A program made the translations under genes and the position numbers. A model generated the notes under the pieces. The model was not told where the DNA came from, made no database searches, and worked only from the letters and a program-made list of their open reading frames with translations. DNA of 64,000 nt from Octopus sinensis (lineage: Eukaryota), in NCBI RefSeq assembly GCF_006345805.1, contig NC_043013.1, forward strand, positions 27,218,001-27,282,000, written 5' to 3'. Below, one piece after another: positions 1 through 12,345 of this stretch. Numbering within the stretch: position 1 is the stretch's first letter; each line of letters starts with the position of its first letter.

Positions 1-320
1 GAATGGTCATGGGATTGCACCTAGAAAGTTCCCCTCCAAGGCACAAGTCTGGTCAAGCTTGGTTTTGGAAGACCAGCAGTTGCCCATGCATACCAGCCTC
101 CTCTCTCCATGTCACCAATGTTATCCAAGGGAAAGGCAAAGGGGCTGATACAGCTTGGTACCAGTGACATCACAACTCATTTCTACAGCTGAGTGAACTG
201 GAGCAACAGGAAATAAAGTGTCTTGCTCAAGAAGGCAACACACCGCCTGGTCCAGAAATTGAACTCACTAACTCATGATTGTGAGCCCAGTGCTATAACC
301 ACTGAGTCACACACCTTCAC
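1..320 (-). mobile_element. tRNA-derived SINE (family C), 3' part cut by the window edge
   Basis: The minus strand begins GTGAAGGTGTGTGACTCAGTGGTTATAGCACTGGGCTCACAATCATGAG...GAGTTCAATTTC (A/B-box-like), followed by a GAGCAAGACACTTT central domain. Confidence 0.65.
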
Positions 321-1618
321 TTAAATAATTAGAAGTCTGTATGCCCTAGAAGAGCCAGTTGCATAATCCCAGCTAGGTGAACTAAGGTAATGTATATCAA
401 AGATAACAGAACAATCCTTAAGTGAGCTGCTAATCCATCAGATTATCTATCCATCTATTTCTCCAACATATTGTTATAATATGACATAGGTTAATTTTTA
501 GATGTCAGTTTAGTTTGAAAGTTATAACCTAATAATTATCATTTAATTAAGCTTTTCAGTAATTAAAAAATATTAATTATTGTATTTTAATTAAATATAA
601 CAGAAAACTTTAATATTCAATTAAACCAATGATTAATAATCTTTCTCCCTTATTGTAATTACCTTTTTTTTTTATATTATTGGTTATTCCTTTGTGTGTG
701 TGTGGCTATGTGGTTAAGAACCTCACTTTGCAACCCACATGGTTTTGCATTCAGTCCCACTGCATGGCACCTTGGTTAAGTGTCTTCTGATATGTGTCAA
801 ACGAGGTCTTGTGAGTGAATTTGGTAAGTGGAAACTGTGGAAGCCCATCCTTCATGTGTGTGTTTCTCTCACCATCACCACCACTACCACTTGACAACTG
901 GTGTTAGTTTGTTCACATCCCTGTAACTTTGTGACAAAAGAGGCCGATAGGATAAGTAACCAGCTTACAAATAAGCACTGGAGCCAATCAGTTTGACTAA
1001 AATTCTTCAAGGCAGTACCCCAGAATGGCCATAATCCAATGACAGAAACAATAAAAAAAGTAAAGGGACACACACACACGCGCACAGACACACACACGCA
1101 CACACACACACACACAAAAGCATGCGTTCATATGATATAGGCTCTAAAATGCCATTGTGGTGGTCATTGTATTTGAAACTTTGGGAAATCCTTGTTGTGT
1201 AATACAAATTCCTTCTTGAAAGGTTTCCAGTGATTCTGTTTCTCCACTCCATTATTTCGATAGGAAAGCATGCATGGTCATTTTGTCTGTTGGCAGCAAG
1301 TTTTAGCAAAAGAAATTATCAATAAATTCTTGAGAGAATGACTCAACTCCTCCATGTGACTCACTGAGCAGGCCAACTTTTTAATGACAGTTTATATGAA
1401 TTGCGGTGAAATAAAAATTAAGAATGTCGTAGAATGTAGCAGGCCATTGTGGTGATTCTTTGGCAAATAAACATGAGACACAGTAGAAAATGTAAGTGGG
1501 GAAACTTAATGTTGAAAATCTGTATTTTGAAAGGAGGAGGAGGGGGAATAAAAAAAATTTTAAATAAAATGCAATTACCATATTCTCATCAGTTTGATAA
1601 TTCGATGTTCAAGAATTG

Positions 1619-1654
<36 letters not shown>

Positions 1655-2754
1655 GTTGAGAAAGATTTTAAGATTTCAAAACTTGCTAAATGGATTTTTG
1701 TTTGGTGTTTTTTTTTTTTTTTTGAGAGTTTGAGAAATATTTCGACCTACTTATTAGTAGGTCAACACGACAGATGGAAACTGAAAGAAACTTACTGTGT
1801 GTGTGTGTCCTTGTGTTTATTGTATTCCCCCCCCCTCAAAACAGCTTGACAGATGGTGTTGGTTAGTTTACATCCCTGTTGTTTTATTAATTTGGTAAAA
1901 GACCAATAGAATTAATATTAAAGTTAAAATTGAGAACTGGGATTGATTAGTTTGACTAAAAACCCTCAAGGTGGTGCCCCAGCTTGGTCACAGTTCAGTA
2001 ACTGAAACAAGTAAAAGATAAAAGATGTGTGTATGCATTGCAATCTTTGTATGTGTTAGGATATACGTATTGGGGAAGAGAGAGAATGTGTGTGTGTGAA
2101 TATGTGTTTGTCTATGATGTTATATTTCTGAGAGTGAGAAAGTGAACAGGTGTTAATTTGTAAATGTGTCTAATTATGAGAGAATATGTGTGTGCACACG
2201 CATCACACACACACACACACTTGAATCTTTACAACTTGGATACACGAAAATGCTTGAGCTTAAAGCATGTTATTGTCTCAATTCTTTTGATACCCATCAA
2301 AAACTGCCTCTGATTCTGTGATACAAATTCTTTGTTTTAAAGTAACCTAAACTAAATGTTCCATCAAAATTTCGAGTTAATTTATGTTCCAAGCTCTAGT
2401 TCAATAATGACATTTATTTTACTAAATTCTTCATTATTTTCAAAATCAAATGAAATAAAGGAAGGATATTTCAACAAAAATATGATAACAAAAGAATTAG
2501 TTAATGATTTAATCCTTTCTGCGAGTGTGTAGATACCATATATAAGCATATATATGGATGTGTGGTAAGAAGTTTGCTTCTCAACCATATGGTCTCAGGT
2601 TCAGTCCCACTGTGTTGCATCTTGGGCAAGTGTCTTCTACTGTAGCCACAGGCTTACCAAAGCCTTGTGACTGGATTTGGTAGAAGGAAACTGCAAGAAG
2701 CCTGTAATATGTATATGTATACACACACACACACACACACTTTTCTTATTAAAA

Positions 2755-2985
2755 CTGCAGAAATATCACAAAAACTTCTACTCAGTTTCACATTACCATT
2801 TCTCAGACAGTTGTGATCTAGATGAAAGGGAACATGAAACTCTGAGTAGCAGTTTCATGTAACATTTTTGTGGTATTTTTTCAGCTTTAATAATAAAGCA
2901 TATTACTCTACTTTTAGTATTCGAGTACTGTTTTTTCCCCACCTTGTTTTGCATTTATATGCTTACTTGTGTATATGTATGTATA
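2755..2985. repeat. Hairpin-containing interspersed repeat (second copy at about 20690-20940)
   Basis: Both copies share the inverted arms CTACTCAG...CTGAGTAGCAG and a tail TTTAATAATAAAGCATATTACTCTAC...TATTCGAGTACT. Confidence 0.75.
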
Positions 2986-2987
2986 TT

Positions 2988-4187
2988 TTGGGTCATCCCA
3001 TAAATAATGCAGTTTTTTTATACTTCTCTTATTTTTCAAAATTAAGATAAACAAACTTCCTTTTTAATCTGAAATATACTCCTTGATTTTCTACAATGCT
3101 CTTCCATCTATCTGGTAGACTTGCATGACCCTTCTTCCAAAATTCACTTGTCTGTGATAAAAAAAATACTCCTCCAGTACTGCTCTGACCTCATTCATAT
3201 TTTTTCCATCCAAATGATTATGAAGACAGCTGAATAACTGATAATCAGATGGAACAATGTCCAGCGAATATGGTGGGTGGAGCATTATCCTGATAGAAGA
3301 ACACCTTTCATCTTGAAACCAAAGAGTGTTTTTTTTTTCTTCCTAGCAATGACTTAAGCCACTCGAGCTGCTCACAGTAGATTTCCTTTGTTATCTTTTG
3401 GTTTGGGTTTAAAAGTCCAACATGGACTAAACCTTTCATATCCCACCAAACAGAGAACAACACCTTACGTGGGTGAAGACATTCTTTAGCCTGGGGTGCT
3501 GGTGTTTCTCCTTTCCCTACACACTGTCTTTGGTGCTTGACATTTTTATAGAGAACCCATTTCTCATCACCAGTCACTATTCAGTCCAAAAAATGGTTCA
3601 TTTGTGATATGTGACAGCAAAGAAGAGCACACATTCACTCTCTGCGTGTGATTAGACTCAGAAAGTTTGTGAGGAACCCATTGACCCAATTTACTGACTT
3701 TTCTGATGGCACACAGAAAATGAATGGCTGAATGACCAAATTCAAGCTTCTCTGCTAGTTCCTCAACAGTTACAATGGGATTTTGTTCCACCAGAGTTTG
3801 CAGGACATCCTCATTGAGCTCTACAGATTTTCCAGGATGAGGCTCATCTTCTAGGCTGTAGTTTCTCAGAATTTCTGGAACCACCATTCACACTGGCTTA
3901 TGCTTATTGTCTAATTCCCATATACTGTATTAATATTCTTCGCACTTTCCATTCCATTCTTGCCTTTATTGAAGTCATAAAGCAAAATGTCAAATATGCT
4001 TCCATTATAGCTTTCAAAAAATAACTGGTAAAATCGAACTGCACTCTTCAAAATTTGCACTAAGAATAAGACCAAGGTAAAATTAATACCAGCTTTTATA
4101 GCAAGTTAATGCAGGTAGTTTATCCCACCCCACTCCAACTTCTAGTTTATGCAATTGAAAAACCTCATTATTTATGGGATGACCCAA
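2988..4187 (-). mobile_element. Decayed mariner-family (Tc1/mariner, DD34D-type) DNA transposon, about 1.2 kb
   Basis: TIRs TTGGGTCATCCCATAAATAATG at 2988 and inverted ending at 4187, with TA after the right TIR. Transposase motifs are spread over shifted frames: LEDEPHPG (HTH2), WVPHKL, TGDEKWVLY, HPPYSLDIVPSDYQLF. Confidence 0.95.
3091..3887 (-). pseudogene. Frameshifted mariner transposase
   Basis: ORF fragments 3567-3887, 3308-3577 and 3091-3285 are colinear pieces of one transposase in different frames. Confidence 0.92.
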
Positions 4188-4381
4188 TATATATATATAT
4201 ATATATACATACACTCTCGGAGTGGTTGGTGTTAGCAAGGGCATCCAGCTGTAGAAATATTGCTAGATCAGATTGGAGTCTGGTGCAGCCGCTGGCTCTC
4301 CAGATATCAGTCAAACCGTCCAACCCATGCCAGCATGGAAAACATACATTAAACAACAATGATGATGATACACACACACTC

Positions 4382-4433
<52 letters not shown>

Positions 4434-6373
4434 GTATGTGTTTGTCCCTCTGCCACCACTTGACAGCCACTACTGGTGTGTTTACATCCCCGTAGCTTAG
4501 AGGGTTCGCAAAAGAGACCAATAGAATGAGTACCAGGCTTTAAAACAGTTGGGGGTCAAAACATTTGACTAAAGATTCTTCAAGGTGGTGCCCCAGCATG
4601 GCTGCAGTCAAATGGCTGAAACAAGTAAAAGATAAAAGCTAAAAGACACACACAAACAATTCTAGCAAGCATCACAACACTTACCATCAAAATCTATTTT
4701 ATTTTCATTTTCAAATACACACAGCTTTGCTTCATATTGTTCTCTCTCTTTTTTTCTCTTAATTTTGTTACAAATGAAGTATGCAAAAGATTATTATAGT
4801 TTGTTTGCAGGTGATCGCTACAAAAATCAGACTTCTAGAAATGTCTTGCTGAAAAAAAAAATTCAAAAATGAAAACAAAAAAAAATGGAAAGGAAAAAAT
4901 AGAAATCAATAATTCTTATTCTTCTTTTTTTTTTCTCATTGCACACCTTATGTTACCTGAAATAAAGAGAATGAAACCAATAATAGAATGCATAAATAAT
5001 GCATGCACACACACACACACACATGCCATACCTCATCACTCAAATTCATCTCTCTCCTCTTCCTCCACTCTCTCTCTCCCTCCTCCTCATCTCTCACCCT
5101 CCCACTTCCTCTCCTCTCTCCTTCCTCTCTCTCTTACTACATTTACTCACACTCCTGCACTCTTGTACACCACAAATGTGCAAACAGGCAAATTCACAGA
5201 GATAGATAAATCTTTACATGTTTTCAAAAAAAACTTGAAGAATAATATGGAGGCACTGCTCTGTCATCGTAATCTTGTTACCATCTCGTCATCATCGTCA
5301 TCTCTTCATTATCTTATCATTGCCATCATCATGATCATCATCATCATCATCACTACTACCAATACAATTTTTACTATGGCTGTCATCATCATTGATATCA
5401 GTAATAGCATTGCCATCGTAATCATCGTCGTCGTCGTCAGTAGCAACAGCATCACTGTCACTACCAAATCCATCATGAGCAAAAAAAGGCAGCACGAGAA
5501 GCCTCTGCAACAATACAGCTCAACTTGCTTAAAATAGCCAAATTACCTCAAGCCACACTCTGCTGTCTTAAAATAATAAAAGGACGCATTTCATAATTCA
5601 GTTCTAGATATCTCTGAAGCAAAAACAAAAAAAAATGACAGACAGACAGACCGGTCACATCTGGAATACTTTTTATCACATGTCTGCTCAATCAGACCCT
5701 GGGGCCAAAACAACTCCTCCATTGTCATCATCATTATCATCATCATCATCATCAAATTACCTATAATGGAATTAAACTACAGTATTTGAATGTTTATCTT
5801 TTTATCTTTTCTCTTTTGACTTGTCTCAGTCATTAGACTGTAGCCATGCTGGGGCACTGCCTTGAAGAATTTCAGCTGAACAAATCGATTCCAAGACATT
5901 TCTTTTCGTAAAGCCTGGTACTTACTCTCTCTCTCTGTCTCATTTGCCAAACTGCTGCTTAGTTACGGGGGACGTAAACACACCACTGCTTGTGCAGTGA
6001 TGGTGGGCAACACACACATATACACACGCGCACGTGTGTGTATATATGTCTTTGTGCATGTGTTTGTCACATACACAGGCTTCTTTCAGTTTCTGTCTAC
6101 CGAATCCACTCACCAAGCTTTGGTCAGCCCTAGGTTGTAATAGAAGACTTCTGCCCAAGTGTCACACTGCGGGACTGAACCTGGAACAGTGTGGTTGGGA
6201 AACAAACATCAAACATCTTACCGTGCAGTCACACCTGTGCTTGTTGAGAATTTACCATTTTGCCCCAAAATTTCAGAGTTGGTTATAAGTAGAATCCTGT
6301 CTTAGATTTCTCAACTTCTCTATTATCCTGCAAATTAAACTTTAAATTCTTTATCCCCATATTTTTTATAGAC

Positions 6374-6752
6374 GCAGGAATGGCTATGTGATAAATAGCT
6401 TGCTTACCAACCACATGGTTCTGGGTTCAATCCCACTGCGTGGCACCTTGGGCAAGTATCTTCTACTATAGCCTCGGCCGACCAAAGCCTTGTGAGTGGA
6501 TTTGGTAGACAGAAACTGAAAGAAGCCCATCATATATATGTATATATATATGTGTGTTTGTGTTCCCCCCCCCCATATCGCTTCACAACCGATGCTGGTG
6601 TGTTTAGGTCCTCATAACTTAGCAGTTTGGCAAAAGAGACCGATAGAATAAGTACTAGGCTTATAAAGAATAAGTCCTGGGGTCAATTTGATTTGACTAA
6701 AGGCGGTGCTCCAGCATGGCTGCAGTCAAATGACTGAAACAAGTAAAAAGAA
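6374..6752 (+). mobile_element. tRNA-derived SINE family A with tail A (representative; other copies at about 695-1050+, 5810-6240-, 11487-11865-, 15090-15480+, 17485-17862+, 18620-19010+, 36405-36755+, 38477-38841-, 43025-43410+, 54415-54765+)
   Basis: Recurrent head GGCRTGGCTGTGTGGTAAG...GGTTCAGTCCCAC (A/B boxes), core GGCAAGTGTCTTCTACTATAGCC...GGAAACTGAAAGAAGCCC, internal microsatellite, tail ...CCAGCATGGCCGCAGTCAAATGACTGAAACAAGTAAAAG. Confidence 0.88.
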
Positions 6753-7638
6753 AGGAAAAGAATATCTCATTAAGCAGACCTACCTGTGACCATTCCTTTT
6801 TTTCTTTTTCCTACCAATGTGTGTAGAATTCGATTATCCAATGTAATCTTCCTCCCTTTTTAACCCTTTTGCATTTAAACTAGTTATATCCAGTCTAAAT
6901 ATTCTACCAAATTTATGTTCAAACCAACCAGATCTGACTTCTCAAACCTATCCTACAATGCCATTCTAAAAATAAAGTCAGATCATCAAAATATTAGATA
7001 ATGAATGATTAATTGAAACCAATATGAACACACAAGCATTACATTTGACAGAAATAATCTGAACGTTACATTAAGAAAGTATTGTATGATTTGAGGGAGA
7101 TTTGGTTGCTGTTTCCAGCAAGTTAAGCAACCAGATAGTCTTTTACTAGTTCATATAGATGATTATTACCTTTGATATCTGTATATTTTTTTTACTTGCT
7201 TCAGTCATTGGACTGTGGTCATGCTGGGGCACTACTTTGAAGTGTCAAGTCAAGCAAATCTTTCTTCATCATCATCGTCATCATCGTTTAACATCTGCTT
7301 TCCATGCTGGCATGGGTTGGACGGTTTGACTGAGGACTGGCAAGCCAGAAGGCTGTACCAGACTCCAATCTGATCTGAAAGGTTTCTACAGCTGGATGCC
7401 CTTCCTAGTGCCAACCACTCTGAGAGTGTAGTGGGTGCTTTTTACGAGCCACCAACACGAGGGCCAGTTAGCCATCAACCACGCTTGAATGGTGCTTTTT
7501 ATGTGCCACCAGTATGGGAGCCAGTTAGGCAGCACTGGCAACAACCAACTCTTATACTTATTTGAATCTGGTACTTATTTTAATGGTCACTTTTGATGAG
7601 CCACTAAGTTACAAGCATATAAATAAACCAATATCATT

Positions 7639-7782
7639 CGGTGTTATTATTATTCAGGTCACTGCCTGGAATTTAACTCTGAATCTTGGGGTTAGTAGCC
7701 CGTGCTTTTAACCACTACACTATATGCCCTTGGGCATATGATGTAGTGGTTAAGAGCATGGGCTACTAACCCCAAGATTCTG
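7639..7782. mobile_element. Palindromic double tRNA-head element (central part), flanked by a 14-bp TSD
   Basis: AATCTTGGGGTTAGTAGCCC...ATATGCCC-TT-GGGCATATG...GGGCTACTAACCCCAAGATT. AAACCAATATCATT occurs at 7625-7638 and 7783-7796. Confidence 0.85.
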
Positions 7783-7972
7783 AAACCAATATCATTTATC
7801 AAATTATTTTGGAGGCACTTGCCAAGAGATATGAAGACCATAAGCTTGAAATATCAAAGACATTTCCATTCTTCTTAAGCATCAATCTAATACACCTGCT
7901 TCTTGTTCCCTCACCTGTCCCTGTCTTTTGCTTTCTGTACATTTGAACCATATATGTATGTACACACATACA

Positions 7973-8006
<34 letters not shown>

Positions 8007-9261
8007 GTAGGCTTCTACACAGTTTCCATTTACCAAATTCCCTCACAAAGGATTAGTTGGCCCAGGGCTATAGTAGAAGGTCCTTGCCCTTGGTGCTGTG
8101 TGGTGGGACTGAATCCAAAACCATATGGTTTTAATCACACAGCTAAGCTTTTACCTATATATATTGTCTGTGTGTGTCTTTAGTTTCTGCACTCTTAGCA
8201 GATAAATGGTAGAGTATCAGGAACAATAAAATGCCTTGTGGTATTTGGTTTTGTCCTTTTACATTCTGAGTGCAAACCCTTTTCCAGTTCTTTGCCTTAC
8301 ATCTTTTCATGACCAGTAAAATAATAACAAATACTGGTCAACAAAATGAAACAGATTTCAGTTGTTCAATTGACCACACACCCTGCTCAATGAATTAGCA
8401 TATAAATGACTGAGTATTCCAGAGATATGTGTACCCATAATTTTCAGGCACAGTATGTGACAAGGCTTCAGCACAGGTTCCTTCAACCTAGTGTTATCCA
8501 GAAGGCTTGAATTAACCCAGATCTATTGTAAAAGACACTTGCCTGGGATGCCACGCAATGGGTTTGAACTTGGAACTGTGTGACTAAAGCAAGCATCTCA
8601 GCCACTCAACTATACTGCGTCTGCAATGAAATAGAGATGGATGAAATAACTAACTGACAGAAATAATGACTAATGTCAATTACATCAACTCTAACCCTTG
8701 ATGGTGCTGCTCCAGCATGACCACAGTCCATTGAATGAAACCAATAAAAGAATATTATCATGGCTATTCTTCATCTAACCAGCCATGCATGTTATCTTTC
8801 ATGTCCTTACCTTTGATGTTTCTGTTTCCAAATATTCCGTTATCGGAATTTCTCTATGCTTAATGTTTTTATTAACTCTTTATCATTGATAATGCTAATG
8901 ATGTTAATAGATATATAAATTAATTTAGTCCCATAAAAGTTATGAAACTAACTCAGAAAAAATGTGACATTTTGCGTGGTTTGGTCATGGAAGCTTCTAG
9001 CAGTCGGAGGCAACATGTCGGAAAGGCTGGCTTTTTCAAAAATAGCACTTGTCTTTATTGGTTGTTAGTTTCAACATCTAAATGGTTTAATTGTGTTTCA
9101 CAGATTTTCATCACCCAAAATTGAGGTTATCCTTTCTCTGTAATGAAGGCAACCCAATTTAGAAGATGCTGTCACCTCAGAATAAACTGATGCAGATTTT
9201 AGGAGCAACCTTGACCTTTGCACAATCCTTGCTCTTTATTGCTGATGCCATACTGTCTTAG

Positions 9262-9680
9262 GTGCAGGCGTGGCTGTGTGGTCGAGACACTTGCTTCCCA
9301 ATCATGTGGTCTCAGTTTCAGTCCCACTGTGCAGCATCTTGGACACATGTCTTCTACCACGGAACCCAGGCCAACCAAAGCCTTGTGAGTGGATTTGGTA
9401 GATGGAAGCTGAAAGAAGCCCATCGTGCCTGTGTGTCTGTGTTTCTGTGTATCCTTGTCTTGACAATGTGACAATTCTAAATGAGCATCACTAGCATACA
9501 AGTATTGTTGTTCATTTCTGTGAAAACCATGTCTGGTCATGGGGAAATATTGCCTCGCTTGGAAACAGGTGAGGGTTGGCAACAAGAAGAGCGTCCAGCT
9601 GTAAAAAAAAAAATCTGCTTCAACAAATTCTGTCTGACCTACACGAGCATGGAAAAATGGATGTTGTTGATGATGATGAT
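9262..9680 (+). mobile_element. SINE family A head with tail B ending in an RTE-X-derived (GAT)n 3' end (other copies at about 20062-20360+, 46995-47440+, 37290-37690-)
   Basis: Same head and core as family A. The 3' end GAAGAGCGTCCAGCTGTA...GAGCATGGAAAAATGGATGTT..GATGATGAT resembles the 3' end of the LINE at 50651. Confidence 0.8.
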
Positions 9681-10029
9681 GAATCTTGTTACATGGTAGT
9701 GACGAGCTAAGATGAAAATGACGGATGAATGACAAAGTGAGCAATGGGGCGAGAAACATTCTGCTTTGTTTGGTTAGAGATGTTCACAGTCATTCAATCA
9801 CATTACTAAAGAATACTGCAAAGTCTGTTTTTGTAAAACTAAAAATTCAACTGGAGGATAACAAATGAACTTAAGAAAATATGGTACCAGTTGAGTACTG
9901 GAGTCAATGTAATCAATAATCCCCCTTCTCCAAATTTTAAGCCTTGTGCCTATAGTAGAAAGAATTGTTGTTATTATTATTATTGTTATTGTTGTTATTA
10001 TTATTATCATCATCATCACCATCATTATT

Positions 10030-10400
10030 AAGGTGGTGGGCTGGCAGAATTGTTAGCATGCTGGACAAAATGCTTAGTGGTATTTCGCCCATCACTACGT
10101 TCTGAGTTCAAATTCTGCCGAGGTTGACTTTACTTTTCATCCTTTTGGGATCGATAAATTAAGTACCAGTTAAGTACTGGGGCTGATGTAATCAACAATC
10201 CTCCTTCCCCAAATTTCAGGCCTTGTGCCTATAGTAGAAAGGATTGTTATTATTATTATTATTCAAATTCCGCCGAGGTCTACTTTACGTTACATCCTTT
10301 TGGGGTGGATAAAATAAGTACCAGTTGAACACTGGGGTTGATGTAATTGACTCATCCCCTCCTCCAAAATTGCTGCCCTTGTGGCAAAATTTGAAACCAT
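10030..10400 (+). mobile_element. tRNA-derived SINE family B with (ATT)n tail (representative; arrays at about 24593-25190, 37728-38420, 44256-44470, 45012-45720; minus copies at about 27880-28160, 28550-28770, 39270-39500, 58770-59330, 63310-63540)
   Basis: Head AAGGYRGCRAGCTGGCAGAA, B box GAGTTCAAATTC, conserved core GACTTTGCCTTTCATCCTTTCGGGGTCGATAAAATAAGTACCAG, tail CCTTGTGCC...GAAAGGATTATTATT. Confidence 0.88.
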
Positions 10401-10430
10401 TATTATTATTATTATTTGAAACCATTATTA

Positions 10431-10466
<36 letters not shown>

Positions 10467-10532
10467 CATCATCATCATTATCATCATCATTATTATTATC
10501 ATCATTATTATTATTATTATTTTATTTTACAG

Positions 10533-10984
10533 CACCTCTCCTTCACACATTTGGTAGCAGTCCAGTGTTTGGCCTGTCTGCAGGAAAGAACACAGTGACC
10601 AAATCCAGCACGACCGTGGCTACCACCACCACAAGTAGTGTACGAACTTGTTTAAGTTCAAGCAGTCGCAGTAGTCACATGCCAGTCACGAGTTCCACAA
10701 ATGCACACTCTAAATCTAAACAGCGTTCAAAACAACGGCAGCATCCTGCACACCGAGAGTCAGCTGCAATAGTGACTTCACTGCATCGAGAGCCAGGTGG
10801 GCCATTAGGATTACACATTCCACTTGGCTCTTCATCATCGTCGTCTATATCTCCATCTTCATTGGTTTCCTCTTCTCAGTCTCACCGGGCTTCAACGTCA
10901 ACTACCACCACCACATCTACTAAGTCTACTGCTGTTGTACAGTCCCATACAAATACGGGGGGGCACAAACATGGCTTATTGCAA
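10533..10984 (+). CDS. BAZ2B: BAZ2/toutatis-like gene, internal coding exon (N-terminal S/T/H-rich region, xAPLLHTFGSSPVFGL...GLLQ); phase 1 to 0
   Basis: Acceptor ttttacag|CA at 10532, donor CAA|GTAAGT at 10985, 452 nt stop-free. SPVFGL resembles the HPVFGL segment recalled from the vertebrate BAZ2B N-terminus. Phase matches the next exon. The upstream exon was not found in the window. Confidence 0.8.
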
Positions 10985-11016
10985 GTAAGTGCCTTAATAC
11001 ATTCATCTCTTTAGAT

Positions 11017-11056
<40 letters not shown>

Positions 11057-11974
11057 ATGTTGATTTTTCAGTTGTTTATTGTCGTTGTTGCTGTTGTTTA
11101 ATTCTTTTGTCAGGTCGACCTTGATCTTACAGCCCCATAGTCAAAGGGATACCATCCTATCTTTGTTTTTTAAGGTTATCCAAGACATTGCATTATCAAC
11201 AGTGGTGCACAATGTCATTAGTATAAGCAGTGTGAGTTCTTACAGTGACAACGCTAAGCTTCTGTCCCTACATTGTTGTCAGATCTATAAATCTCAGTTA
11301 ATTAAATGCTAAATTATGAAGGCGTATTTGCCAGGTAAGTGATTTGATCTGAGATTTGTAAAATGAAACTAAAATTATTGCATTGTGAAGAACATGCATT
11401 AGCCTTTCAAAAACAGATAAGGACTTGTTGACTGGGTCACAGTTCCTATGATGAAATTTTGACACCAAATAATGAATAAGTTTTTCTACTCTTTTACTTG
11501 TTTCAGTCATTTGACTGCGGCCATGCTGGAGCACCGCCTTTAGTCGACCAAATCGACTCCAGGACTTATTCCTTGGAAGCCTAGTACTTATTCTATCAGT
11601 TTCTTTTGCTGAACCACTAAATTACGAGGACGTAAACACACCAGTATTGGTTGTCAAGCAATGTTGGGAGGACAAACACACACACATACATATGCATATA
11701 TACGACGGGCTTCTTTCAGTTCCCGTCTACCAAATCCACTCACAAGGCTTTGGTCTGCCTGAGGCTATAGTAGAAGATACTTGCCCATGGTGCCACGCAG
11801 TGGGACTGAACCCGGAACCTTGTTGTTGGTAAGCAAGCTACTTACCACACAGCCACTCCTGCACCTATAGACAAAAGGCCTGAAATTTAGAGGGAGAGTG
11901 CTAGTTGATTACATCAAGCCTAGTATTCAGTTGGTACTTATTTTATCACCCCCACAGAAGGATGAAAGGTACCA

Positions 11975-12345
11975 TCAGGTATGGGAGCATGCAGCATTGC
12001 AATGCATGGATGCCTTCACCATTTTGTTAGTATATTCCTGGGTCCTCCTGGGTGACCTGTCAAGCAGAGTTCTGGTCAGTTCCCATCTCCATGAGACACC
12101 TCCTCATCCAATGTGACCATGTGGTCTGTGTTTGACCAACACAAGCCGTCAACTCCTGAACAGAGTGTGAAATCATCTGCTTGTGTCTTGATAGCCGGAG
12201 CAGTCAGGGTTCATGCCTACGTGGTCAACTACTGACAGAATCCTGGCTCTTCATGTAGTCCTTGAATGTAAGTGGCAGGGGCTACTTGTAGCCTGTGCCA
12301 ACCTCTGTAAAGCATCTGACTTGATGGACAGGGATATGGTTCTGA
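11975..12345. mobile_element. Degenerate RTE-clade LINE fragment: 3' end on minus (11975 to about 12150) joined to an inverted RT segment on plus (about 12153-12345)
   Basis: Plus strand: LLNRV*NHLL..PEQSGFMPTWSTTDRILAL...LLVACANLCKASD (RT motifs). Minus strand: GQTQTTWSHW..EMGTDQNSA*...CCMLPYL, ending CCATACCTGA (RTE C-terminus). Confidence 0.75.

Noticed and set aside
1007-1309. Minus ORF with a non-repetitive N-terminal part
   Set aside because: No recognisable motif or splice context; could be an old transposon scrap but this is unsupported.
4869-5537. 222-aa plus-strand ORF and overlapping ORFs
   Set aside because: Built from (CA)n, (CT)n and (CAT)n tracts; no domain and not in phase with the gene model.
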